Below, in pieces: positions 1 to 11,990 of a stretch of 64,000 bases of DNA. How positions within the stretch are numbered: the stretch's first letter is position 1; every line of letters starts with the position of its first letter. The position numbers were made by a program, and so were the translations under genes. The notes under the pieces were generated by a model, which ran no database searches, had not been told where the DNA came from, and saw only the letters and a program-made list of their open reading frames with translations. The DNA comes from Octopus vulgaris (lineage: Eukaryota), in assembly GCA_951406725.2 (NCBI GenBank), contig OX597837.1, positions 17,856,001 to 17,920,000 of the forward strand, given 5' to 3'.

Positions 1-1794
1 GGCTGATTTAGAAAATTACTATTTTTAAATCTCACAATGAGACACAGATTGTGTCGTATAACCAGCTGGAGATGATGTCTCCTGGGGCTAAGCTACAGCA
101 ACATTCGTCCTAAACCGGGACTGCCATGTTATGTTGGCAAACTATCTTTACTGGGGTTGATTTGTTCGATAAAAATTTTTCAAGGCAGTGCTCCAACATG
201 GCCACAAACTAATACAGATAAAAGATTCATAGGAACAGTATTGCAAATGTAAGCTATACATGTACCATGAGGGGATCTCAGTACTTTACTGACTCCATAT
301 TAAATAAGTACCAGATGCAATTTGTATGAGTGTTGGTGGCAGAATTGCATTTGGTAGACAGAAACTGACAGAAGCCCGTCATATATATGTGTGTGTGTAT
401 ATATTTATGCATGTGTTTGTCCCCATAACTTAGCAATTCAGCAAAGGAGACTTATAGAATAAGTACTAGACTTACTAAATATGTGTGTTTATATATCTGG
501 TTGTGATTTGAAAAATATTTGGTCCCTAGTAGACTGAGCCACTTCTTCATTAGTTTGTTGTAGTAGTTATTGCAGCTCAATTCTATTTGGTCAGCTGTAC
601 TTGACACAGAGGCAGCTGATCAAATAATTAGTACCAGCATGGAAGTTCAAATGTATATTGTTTAATTTCGTTGTTTTGGTTCCATCATCAGTTTCTCACA
701 AAATTGCTAGAAAACTCATGCTCATACAAGGTTTGAACTCTGAATGTTTTGGTTTGTGCAAACAAACTCTCTTCAGTTATATCATCATCCTTGGTGAGCT
801 GAGTTATATGAAGAGTTAAATGTTATATAGAGAAACACAACACATGTGTAAGAATCTCTACTTTGTTGTTCATTCTGCTTGAAATAACAGCCAAATCACC
901 TCAAATCACATTCATTCATTCTAGAAATAGCTACCAGTCTCCTTCAAAGAATCCACTACCATCTTAAAATGGAGAAGACATTATGAATAATGTGATTTTA
1001 GATTGGAGAATAAAAAATGCAATGTTGACAGCTGAAATGCCTTTGATCATAGGATTGTTAAATCAAGGCCAAACTGGGGCTAAACAACAAATGAACATCC
1101 TAAAATGAAACCAGTGAACCAAACAGTGCAATATCTTATGTCTCTTTAGTCATTTTTTTTCTTCTCTAATGATGATTAAATCATAGCAATGATGAAATAA
1201 CCTCATCATCTGTAAGACTAGATGTGCAATAATTCATTCCTAATTATTATTTCTATGGCTGTTTTAGTTTCACTCTTATTAATGTTACAATATTAATGTC
1301 AATATAAACACTCACTCTTAATTCCTTCCCCACTCCACCACAACTTCATTACTCTAAGGCCTCTTAAGAAACTGTCAATTATATTTGCCACTTTATTGGC
1401 TCTCTCTGTCTGTCTGTCTGTCTCTCTCTCTGCATTAACCATTACTACTTGTGGTGGATTGGCAGAATTGTTAGAGCATTGAGCAAAATATTTTGTGGTA
1501 TTTAGTTACAGCACTTTACATTCTGATTTGAAATCCTGTGAAGGTATTTGCCTTTCATCCTTCTGAAGTTGATAAAATATGGTACCAGTCAAATATTTGG
1601 GTCAAGATAATGTATTGTTCCCTTTCCACACAATAAGCAGAATGACCTGTAATGAAGTGGATGGCAACAGGTTTGCTTGGCATTTGTTGTAGTATGCTTG
1701 GAATATGCTCTCAAAAGCAATCAGCAGCAAGGCATTAGCCTGTTTCCCTTATGTAAAGTGTACTGCAAAGTTTGCATATAATGCAATATAATAC

Positions 1795-1839
<45 letters not shown>

Positions 1840-1842
<3 letters not shown>

Positions 1843-2263
1843 GGTATGTAGAAAAATACAACATGGACAAGAACGGATAACTCTTAGAAGACGATACAAT
1901 AAACACGGACAGGACATTCGAAACCCTCAGTCTTCAGTCAAGAACCGGATCATCGTAGTAATTTCGGCTGATTAATCTTGAGATTACTAGATCACGGCCA
2001 GCCCTCCAAGAAAAACTAAGCAACGAGCATTAGAAAAACTAAGCTGGAAGCGTAGATTTCCTGGAAGAAGGATCGAATGCATACGAACACCAGGACAGCA
2101 AAAGGGACAGATATAAAAAAAACAAAAAACAATAATGGAATACAGAAACATGAAATACAGAAGCATTAACGGTGAAAACAACACGTGTCTTACGACTGAT
2201 AACAAGCAAACAAATTTTTTCTCTGGCGCATTGGAAGAAGCCTTTATAGCGGCGGACGAAAAA
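1840..2263. repeat. Unclassified interspersed repeat between (TA)n tracts, copy 1
   Basis: Collinear similarity to 53263-53770 (tcttcagtc..gaaccggatcatc..aatttcggctg..gaaaaactaagc..ggatcgaatg); both copies bounded by TA microsatellites. Confidence 0.7.
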
Positions 2264-2354
2264 ATATATATATATATATTGCATTGCTTCTTTCCAGGTA
2301 AACTGACGTTTAACTGGTCAAAGAAGACTTAATTCTTTAATAAATTATAGAAAC

Positions 2355-3243
2355 AAGAGTTTCTGCAACTGCCATCACCAAAGAAAACATTGATCTTGTT
2401 CACCACATGTTGATGGATGACAGGTGATTGACTATAAATCAAATAGCCAATGCTTTAGTATATCTTGAGAATTTTCTGCCTAATGAACTTGGCATGATAA
2501 AGGTTTTGGCTTAGTGGGTGCCACGTCTTCTGACACCTGATCAAATGTGCACCAGGTTGATCACACCACCGCAAAATCAGACATTGTTTGAGGCAGGTCC
2601 AGTTGGTTTCCTTGAACATTTCCTAAGCCAGGATGAGTTTTGGCTTCATCACTTTGAGCCAAGGACAAAGAGACAATCCATGCTGTGAAAACACACTTCC
2701 TCACATGTTCCAAAGAAGTTCAATATTGTTTTATCTGCAGAGATGATAGCCTTAGTAGCAAGAGGCATTGTGTTTATTGACTATCATCAGTAGCACCATG
2801 CCATCAATGGAGAGTACTATGCCAACTTGCTGAGGCAGTTAAAAAAGACTGTCAAAACCAAATGCCTTGGAAAACTGATGAAAGGGGTCTTGTTTCATCA
2901 GGACAATGCTCCAGCACTCAAGTCTTTGGTTTCAATGGTTACTGTGTGTGACTGTGGCTACGAACTGGTTGATTAGCCTCCCTTTTCTCCTGATTTGTTC
3001 CCCAACATGAAAAAACACTTGGGTGGGAACCAGTGCTGCAGTGTTGATGATGTCATATTTGCTGTTGATGACTGTTTTGACCAACGGGATGAACACTTCT
3101 TCACCAATGGGATCCAAGTGCTGCAATACCGATAGAAGAAGAGTGTGGACCACAAGGGGCATTATGCTGGAAAATAAACTTCTTTTGATCACATTCCATG
3201 AGCGTATCTTTGTCAGTATATGAACTTTTCAGCCAACCCTTGT
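2355..3243 (+). mobile_element. Decayed mariner (Tc1/mariner) transposon, 5'-truncated
   Basis: WVPRLLT (gtgggtgccacgtcttctgaca ~2515), QDEFWLHHFEP, HQDNAP (~2896), PPFSPDL motifs with stops and frameshifts; 3' TIR-like gaacttttcagccaaccct. Confidence 0.85.
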
Positions 3244-3769
3244 GTTTGTGTGTGTGTGTGTATTTGTGTATGTATGTGTGTGTTTAATTGTGTATATGTA
3301 TGTATTTTTATATATACACATATATGTATGTATACGTGTGTGTGAATGAGTGACTGTATGCTCACCTATATAAATGAAGAAGAGAGAAATGTTAACACAC
3401 TTTAAAGAATAGCAACATTTGCTAGGTTAAGAGAGCCTAGAGCAAATTGTTATACTTTCTCTGCAACTTCTCAGTAAAGACATGCAGAACTAATCCTGTG
3501 TACTTGCCTGTCTAGTATACACAAGACTCATGGGTACATGGGAAGGCCAGCTCTTACAGTACTGGCTGTTGGTTATCCAAAAAGTAATCATAGGCTTGTG
3601 AAAATTTCCCACACGAAAAAATTCATGAATGTCTAAGTCCTTTGTGTTTTACTTTATTTTATTTCTTTTGTTTTAATGAAATGTGTGGATCCCCAGAAAT
3701 AGTAAAGCTATTCTGGGAAAATACTTCTATTAGTGTTAGCTATGGGTTCACTTTGTCGTTTTGTTGTAC

Positions 3770-3976
3770 TTTTACTTGTTTCAGTCATTTAACTGTAACC
3801 ATGCTGGAGCACCGCCTTTTAGTTAAAGAAATCGACCCCAGGACTTATTCTTTGTAAGCCTAGTACTTATTCTATCGGTCTCTTTTGCTGAACCGCTAAG
3901 TTACGGGGACGTAAACACACCAGCATCGGTTGTCAAGCGATGTTGGGACACAAACACAGACACACAAACATATACA

Positions 3977-4036
<60 letters not shown>

Positions 4037-4191
4037 CACAACTGGCTTCTTTCAGTTTCCGTCTACCAAATCCACTCACAAGGCTTTGGTCGGCCCGAGG
4101 CTATAGTAGAAGACACTTGCCCAAGGTTCCACACAGTGGGACTGAATCCAGAACCATGTGGTTGGTAAGCAAGCTACCACACTGCCACTCC
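3770..4191 (-). mobile_element. tRNA-derived SINE (octopus OR2-like), near full length
   Basis: Reverse complement matches the + copy at 54891-55263; tRNA-like A/B-box head, internal (CA)/(TA) tract, tgactgaaacaagtaaaag tail. Confidence 0.85.
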
Positions 4192-4516
4192 ATTATTATT
4201 TGTAGGAGTAGTGCAGTTGGAGAAGCTTTGAGTCCAAAACCTTGGTCATTTATGGCATGAAAGTTCACGTTCTCCAACTACATGTTACTGAGAAGGGGTA
4301 CTACCCTTCTCAGTAACATTTTGCTTTCCCACACTGAATTGACTCTTTGCATACTAAGTTCAAATTCTGCTGAGATTGACTTGGTCTTTTATCCTATTGG
4401 GGTCGATAAAATAAGTACCATTTGAGCACTGGGGTCAATAGACTAGCCCTATCACTCGCAAAATTTCAGGCCTTGTGTGAAAATTAGAATGAATTTTTAT
4501 TCTTAGTAGTATTGTT

Positions 4517-4730
4517 AGGGTGGCAAGCAGGCAGAATGATTGGCACACCAGATGAAATGCTGCTTAGCAATTTGTCCGTGTTTATGTTCTGAGTTCAAAT
4601 GCCATTGAGGTATACTTTGCCTTTCATCCTTTAGGGGTCATTAAAATAAATACTAATTGAACATTGCGATCAATGTAAATGACTATTGCCAACTCATAAA
4701 ATTGCTTGCCTTGTGCCAAAATTTGAAATT
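4517..4730 (+). mobile_element. tRNA-derived SINE, second family (Meta-domain-like core), decayed
   Basis: gttctgagttcaaat B box, tttgcctttcatcctttaggggtc core, (ATT)n tail; homologous to 49800-50030. Confidence 0.65.
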
Positions 4731-4784
4731 ATTATTCTTGCTTTTGTTGTTGTTGTTGTTGTTAGTAATGATAATAATAATAAA

Positions 4785-5730
4785 GTAAAGAAACCTTGCT
4801 ACTGTCAGTTAGGAATGAGGGAGTATTGAAAGCAGAGAAAAGAAAGATAAAACAAAGGAAGAAGTACAAAAAGGACATGGAGAAGCATTATACAACAAGG
4901 GACTATACAATCAATGCAATGTAGCCATAACAGAAGTTGCTGGAAAACATAGGTGGGATTGGCTGAAGAAAGAGACTGAGAGCACTATACTGGTATTGCA
5001 AGACCAAGCTTTGATCACAAATTGGAGGGTCAACGTTAGGAATGAGCAAGTGTCTCTGCTGTGCTGCATCTGTAACAGAGTAGACAGAATCATTGCCCAT
5101 ATCACGAATGAATGCCCCAAACTTGCCCAAAACCACTGCAAGTTGTGGTGAGATGGTGAGATAGTGAATGTGCTACATTGGAAACTATGCGAAAAGTGGG
5201 GGCTAGAGAGAGGCAAGATGTGGTATGAATACAAACCGCAGAGAGTGATGGGATCAGAGACTTTCAAAATCCTCTGGGACTCCCCAATCCAAAGAGATCG
5301 GATTCTAGAACATAACAGACTGGACCTAGTGGTGGTTGACAAGATATACCACATGTGCTATATAGTTAATGTTGCATGCCCCTTTGATCCACAAGTAGTC
5401 AAGAAGGACGGCAAAAAAAATAGATAAATATGACCCCCTTAAGTATGAAATAACCCAGCTGTGGAAAATGAGGAAGGTGAAGCTAGTGCCAGTTATTGTT
5501 GGGTCCTTGGAGACAGTGTCAGAAAGCATTAAGAGGAATATAAGGGAAATTGGAATAGTGTGTCCAGTAGAACTGTCACAAAAGGTTTGCCTCCTTGGTA
5601 AGGCCAGAATAATCAGGAAAGTATTAGATTGTTGAAAAGAACGGATAACATGGTACCATGGTTCCAGGCAGCAGGCATGCTACTCATACAAGACTCCAGG
5701 AGTTACAACAAAACCAGAGATAAATAGAAA
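4785..5730 (+). mobile_element. R4/Dong-clade non-LTR retrotransposon 3' fragment (zinc knuckle + restriction-like endonuclease), decayed
   Basis: Translated pieces HITNECPKLAQ, LHWKLCEKWGL, KILWDSPIQRDRILEHNRLDLVVVDK, CPFD..KKIDKYDPL, VPVIVGSLETV; flanked by (TAA)n. Confidence 0.8.
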
Positions 5731-5756
5731 AATAACAACAACAATAATAATAATAT

Positions 5757-5970
5757 TGGCTTCAAATTTTGGCATAAGGCCAGCAAGTTTGGGTGAGGGG
5801 GTAAGTTGACTACATTGACCTCAGTGCTCAACTGGTACTTATTTCATTGACCCTGAAAGCATGAAAGGCAAATTTGACCTGGGCGGAATTTGGACTCAGA
5901 ATGTAAAGATGAATGAAATGTAGCTAAGCATTTTGCCCAGCATGTTACTGATTCTGCCAGCACCCGCCTT
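5757..5970 (-). mobile_element. Meta-domain-like tRNA SINE
   Basis: Similar to 49800-50030 (gacc..cagtg..actggtac..atttcattgac..gaaag.atgaaaggc). Confidence 0.75.
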
Positions 5971-6664
5971 CACAGTAATGATAATATTGCTATTATTATT
6001 GGTATAGCTAGTGTTCTGTTTAAGAGAAAGATGTAGATTGATAGAATAAGTAGAGTGCAAGATAGAATACCTTGAGATACTTAGTTATGTTCTTTCTTTT
6101 TTTTATCGTATCACTTTTGTCAGGAGGATTGGCAGTGCTTAGAACACTTCACAAGGCTTCTAGAACTGGGGAGAGAAGAATGTAGTTATCCTCAAACCAG
6201 AAATGAGGATAGACACATATCTGCTTGTAGCTTTTCTCTTTTACTTGTTCCAGTCATTGGATTGCAGCCATGCTGGAGCACTATGTTGAAGGGTTTAGTC
6301 AAACAAATTGACCCCAGTACTTATTTTTTTCAATCTGGTACTTTCGATCTCTTGTCAAATCATTAACTTATAGTGATGTAAACAAACCAACACCAGTTGT
6401 CAAGTGATGTGTGTGTATATATATGGGGTTCAATCTACAGAGAAATGGGTAAATTCAACATGTTTATGAGTCTACTATGTGAACTCGCTTCCCCTTGCCA
6501 GAGCTCCAGTATTAATAAATTATTAAACACTTCATCATCATATTACATTCATTTTCCATGCCAGCATGGGTTGGATGGTTTGTCAGGAGCTGGCAAGTCA
6601 GAAGACCACACCAAGCTCTGCTGTCTGCTTCGGCACAGTTTCTAACACACACTAATTTACAAAG

Positions 6665-8430
6665 AGTACTGCAGGAATTTTTGTCCCTTGATATCAAGAT
6701 CATTGCTGGATAAGGCAATTGAGTTCACAAAAGATTTGTCAGTATTACCCATATAGACCTGGACTTTATTATGCACGTGTGAAAAATCCTTCTATTCAGT
6801 AAGTACAGGGATTCCTCGACTTGCGCGAGTAATTGGGGGACGCGCAATTCGAAATTCGCGCAAGTCGAGTACCAGATATTGTTTTCTATAAATATTTTCC
6901 AGGATAACTGCTCAATATTGTTATATTAAAGAAACACTTGGAGAAAGTATTGAATGAACTTTCTTTCTATTTGAAACCAAAAAACTGTTATTGGTGACTG
7001 CTTTGTACAAATACAAATTACAAAAAATAATACAAATTGTTTAATGATTATAAACAGAAAATAAATAAAAGAAGAGTTTAATGTAAAGCTAGATAATAAA
7101 TAAAACAATGAAAATTAACTTTAACTAACATGTTATCAATTACTCAAACACAATTATTTTTACTTTATGTATATTTGAAATGATGGATAGGTAACAAGAT
7201 AACAGACAAGGCAATGCAACCATGGATAATAAATATTTTTACAACAAGCGCAAGTCGAGAATACAACTCGCGCAACCTGAACACTCAGTATCAAAAGTTG
7301 GCTCGCGTAAGTCGAATTTCGCGCAAGTCGGGGAATCCCTGTATTTTGCATGGGTTAAAAATCTGAACAGATGAATTGTCTGATGTGTAGATGGACTCAT
7401 ATGATAGTGCTGACATTGTGATACATTGAGATTCAAATTCCCATCCCATGACATTGGTCTATATCATGATGATTGTTTGGGCATATGTCACAACTGTGAT
7501 GGGCTTACACTTGATAAAATTAGGAAAAATCTAATATCTTTAGTCACTTAGGCCTCAAAATTATTGTAACCACTAATCTGTCTAAAGCTGATTTCTTACA
7601 TGTTTCCCTAGGCTCTTATAAGCATAAATCAAATGAGAAACTCATGTATATATATAAACAGTTCTGTCACCCCACTACCACCACCACCACCACCACCACC
7701 ACAGTGTTTAAAAACTTGATAACCAACATCAGTAATAGGCTATCTAATCTCTCGTTTTCTAAGGAAATATTTGATAAAGTAGACCCCTACTATAATAATG
7801 CCCTAGCAAACTGTGGCTTCAAAGATAAGATATCTTACAACCCTTCAATTAAAAATATGAAACCTAAAAATAGACCCAGGTAAATATGGTTTATTCTTCC
7901 TACTTTCTCTTTGAATGTTAAGACTAACATAGGCAAAACATTCTTGGCATTATTAGATAAGTGTTTTCCAGTTGACCATAAATACAGAAAAATTTTGAAT
8001 AGATGTTCGGTAGGCATATCATACAGCTGCTGCCCCAATATGAAGGACATTATCACTTGCAAGCCTACACCTTTGTTATAAGTGTCAAAGCCCTGAAGTT
8101 TGCCCACTCAATCAGGCATGCTTCATAAATTCAGTCATTTATGAAACAGGTCAAAGCAATGCTCCAAAATAATGAAATACAAAAGAAAAATTAAGTTTAT
8201 GTGAACACAATTTAAAAGAAGATATGCAAACCACCAGACTTCTTTCCGATACATGGACAAGAAATAAAGCTACCAAGTTGGCTAGTCATGTATGAGACTT
8301 GAAGACCAACTACACACCACATACAATCAAGTGGAACATCATGGCAAAATCCATGCCATATGGAAATGGATTAAAGCAATGCAAGCTATCTGTGGCTGAA
8401 AGATCTCTCATTATTTTTATTATATTATGT
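6665..8430 (+). mobile_element. Penelope-like element (RT + GIY-YIG), decayed, interrupted by a MITE
   Basis: MDSYDSADI, GLYHDDCL (YxDD, ~7457), TLDKIRKNL, ISNRLSNLS..FDKVDPYYNNAL, FSLNVKTNIGKTFL, FKRRYANHQTSF; homologous to 33456-35790. Confidence 0.8.
6804..7343. mobile_element. MITE, pogo/Tigger-like, with TA target duplication
   Basis: TIRs ta-cagggattcctcgacttgcgcga / tcgcgcaagtcggggaatccctg-ta; repeated subterminal cgcaagtcg motifs; AT-rich non-coding core. Confidence 0.9.
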
Positions 8431-8672
8431 CTATTTATAAATAGACATAATATAATGTCTAAAAGTTGATGAATACCACTTCTTGATCCCCTCCATTTTC
8501 TTATTGCTGTATAAATTAAGGGTAAAACAACTTTTTACCCTCACCCATTTATTACTTTCAGTAGTGTAATGAAAAAACACTTGTGTATTAATAATTGGGT
8601 ATTCTACCAGCAGTATATTGGATAGATATTATCCCTTAATTGGTTGGATTCTAACTCTCTTGGAATTATATA

Positions 8673-9054
8673 TCTCTCTATATATAAAGCTGAAGTTGTC
8701 TGTGTATGGCAGATTTGGTAGCCTTCAACTGACACTATCTCCTCTGAGACCCTGCGGCGCAAGTTGACCAAAATTGAGAGTATGATAGAAGAAGGCTTTG
8801 TCTTCCTTTCGTAGAAGAAAAAATTCAAATCGGACCATGTTAACACCAAAAATTATTTACATCAAAAAGGTGCTTTTTTTCTATGAAAATCCCTATTTTT
8901 TTTATTGCTGTGTTGCCATTTTTCAGTGTATTTCAATCAGAAAAATGTTCACTTAAAGAGAATAACAAGCTACATGATGCAAAATTTTTACTTTTCAAAA
9001 ATTCCAATTCTAAAGGGTCGAAACAACCAGAGCAGTGCCGGGCGATACTGCTCG
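8673..9054 (+). mobile_element. Non-autonomous Helitron-like element
   Basis: A|TC start (tctctctatatataaagctgaagttgtctgtgt); 3' GC-rich hairpin gagcagt..actgctc ending ctcg|t (degenerate CTAG). Confidence 0.6.
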
Positions 9055-9082
9055 TATATATATATATTTATATATGTATATT

Positions 9083-9123
<41 letters not shown>

Positions 9124-9174
9124 CAACCCATGCTAGCATGGAAAACGGACGCCAAACGATGATGATGATGATAT

Positions 9175-10421
9175 AAGTCAATAAATAGTGGGGTTGTGTT
9201 GACTGCACATGGAGGCAAGGAAAAATTATAAAAAGGCAGAATGCTAAATTGAAGGTAAATTATGGGTGTATGGAAAATTTGAAAAATTAAAAAAAAAATA
9301 TATATTAACTCTAACCGGTTTTCGTCACAATGGGACTTTTCAAGAATTGTAAGGAGAAAAGAAAATTTTTTTATAATTGAGGAGGGGGAAAAAGAAAATT
9401 ACATTGTTTTTTGCAAATAAATAATAAACATATACAAAAATTAAAAAATAGGTACACCGATACATTGTAAAGTCTTTGTGTATCTTGAGTTCAAAGATAG
9501 TTCTTGGAAAAATTACCTTGGAGGATTAAGATCCATGTGATTAAATCCATGTGGTGTTTAATTTAAGATGTTTGTTAAATGAATGTCAAAACAGGAAATG
9601 GGGTAGGAGTTATCCAGTTCCTGTGAGTAAGGGGAGACAACTCTGTGGATTTTGTGCTCTTCAATTGGGATTTTCAATTTTTTGTAAGATAGGATGTTAA
9701 TAAACCTTAAAGTATAAAATTATCATTTTAGCTTCATTTGCATTATCTTTTTTTATATAATTGTTTGCTAACTTAACATTCAGATTTTAACACTTTATTT
9801 ATATTGTTTTCTAATTATATAAATTTACATAAACCAATTTATAATTTTGTTTCAGATTGTTATGTCATATATAATATTAATAATAATAATAATAAATAAA
9901 GGATATAATTTTTAGCTTGAAGTGATAACTGCATGATATCCTTATATATTTGTATTAGTCCATCCTTGAAGAATGAGGTAGAAAATAGAAGTATGATCAA
10001 CGTGGTGTTTGCATATTAAGATGCGTTTTGAATTTTTCAATAAAAAGATTCTCCTTGTTAATTCTTTCTTGTGTAGTGATTCTGTCTTTACATTGGTAGA
10101 AGGGGAATATGTAAAATTTGGGATTTTTGTCTTTAGCGCACGAGTTTATGTAACTACTTAGTGGAATTTGATGGTATCAGTTAAAAAATGTGCACGCCCA
10201 AACTGTGGCACCTCCTCCTTCCTACTTGAAGGCTCTGAATTTATTTTTAAACAAGGAACAAAGTTTAAAATCAAGACCAACTTCACCTGTTCCTCCGAGA
10301 ACCTTATCTACATTCTCACATGCTCCGGTTGCCAACATAATTATGTTGGACAAACGAGCCTCCCTTTACGTAAAAGAGTAGCGGTCCATAAAGAACAAAT
10401 AAATCTCCCAGAATACCGTCA
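9175..10421 (-). mobile_element. Penelope-like element 3' portion (Neptune-type GIY-YIG) with inverted 5' segment
   Basis: + strand 10177-10421 encodes CARPNCGT..NLIYILTCSGCQHNYVGQT..RKRVAVH..PEYR; - strand from 10176 encodes the continuation YHQIPLS..FYIFPFYQ..ERINKENLFIEKFKTHLN. Confidence 0.8.
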
Positions 10422-10461
10422 TGAGAATAACAGTAGCATGAACATTGAGGGCTGACAGAAC

Positions 10462-11292
10462 GCACGCATCCATTTCTAAGTAAGTTTTAACTTAATATTA
10501 ATAATGATGCGCATTCTTAACCTTTCTGTCCACCTCCCTCTCTCATCCTTCATTCTTTCTGGTTTCCTTTTCTTCTACCTTACTGTCCCCCCTCTCTCTC
10601 TCTCATTCTTTATTCTTTCTGGTTTTCTCTGCAGCCCTTCCCTTTTTCTCTCCCTTTCTCTTACTCCTCCTCCTCCCTCCCGTCGCTGACCCACGACGAG
10701 AAGACTACTACTGTCTTTCTGACCTGGCTTCCTTCAAGTGTGGACGGCTTTCCCTGTCTCTCATGCCGTCTTCAAAGCATTCAAAATATTTTTTCTTTCG
10801 TTCTGGCTTAACAGTCCTCAATGTTCGTGCTACTGTTATTGTCCTTGTCCTGTCTTTTACAGTTTATATTTTGTACTATCTTTACTGTCCTCTTTTTGTT
10901 ACCATTTTTACCCCTCCGCAAAAAATCTCAAATTTTATTTAATTTGCTTTTGCGGGAAGGATTGTTTCAATGAAGTCGTGTCTCGCTTTTACCTTCGAAA
11001 CGTGGAGTACATGAAACAGAGGCGGCTGAAGAAGGGGAATTTTCCTTGTGTTGTATGTGTTGTACTCTATTTTTTCGTTGTTTAAGAAAAATGTCCATTT
11101 CCTTGGTTTTGTTTTTATGTTTTCGTTTCTCATTGTGTTCGATGTCTTTTTTTTGTGTCCTGTACCCATATATGCATGTATATATACATGTAGATGTAGG
11201 TACGTACATATATGTATGTATATATGCATATGTTTTATTTATTAATTTATTAAATAACGGAATGCACGCATCCATTTCTTAAGTAAGTTTTA
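10462..11292. repeat. Segment bounded by ~28-bp direct repeats (PLE pseudo-LTR-like)
   Basis: gcacgcatccatttc(t)taagtaagtttta at 10462-10489 and 11264-11292, ending at a (TA)n tract. Confidence 0.55.
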
Positions 11293-11399
11293 TATATATA
11301 TATGTGTGTATGTATATATCTATGTGTGTGTCGTTGTGTCTATGTTTGTCCTCCTATCACTGCTTGACAACTGGTATCTGTGTATTAATGTCCCTGTAA

Positions 11400-11726
11400 C
11401 AGCTGCGTGCGCACATACATGCGAGTACTGTCCAAATCTCCGACCAATCACATACAGCTAGCTGGCATTCAATTGGCATATCAAGTTTCGGGCATTTTGA
11501 TTGGGTTTTGGCTAGAAAATTCACAAAAAATTCACTTCTATTGATTTTTTAATGGCTTTGTGGGGTGACTGGGGAACTCTAAAGATGAGCACGACCACCT
11601 TTGGACAGTTTTGAATGACCATAGAAAGTGCAAGCCCTCTAACTGAAAAATTGTGGATTTGTATAAAGGACACGCACACACACACACAGAGACAGACAGA
11701 CATTTTTCCGTTTATATATATAGAGA
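11400..11726 (-). mobile_element. Helitron-like non-autonomous element, 5' part
   Basis: Minus strand starts tctctatatatataaacggaaaaatgtctgtctgtc, same 5' style as the 8673 and 51499 elements. Confidence 0.45.
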
Positions 11727-11767
11727 TATATATGGATATAGATATATGGATATAGATATATGATATA

Positions 11768-11825
<58 letters not shown>

Positions 11826-11990
11826 ATGGGTGTGTGTGTGTATATATATGTGTTCGTGTGTGTGTGTATGGGTGTGTGTGTGTGTATGGGTGTGTGTGTG
11901 TGTATGGGTGTGTGTGTGTATATGGGTGTGTGTGTGTGTGTGTGTATATATATACACACACACACACACACATGTATATATATACACACA
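11727..11990. repeat. Compound (TA)n/(TG)n/(CA)n microsatellite
   Basis: Directly visible; includes repeated gtatgggtgtgtgt units. Confidence 0.95.

Noticed and set aside
1905-1990. Hammerhead in the 1840/53263 repeat family (minus strand CTGAAGA..CGAA)
   Set aside because: The GAAA box is not conserved between the two copies and stems I-III could not be formed convincingly.
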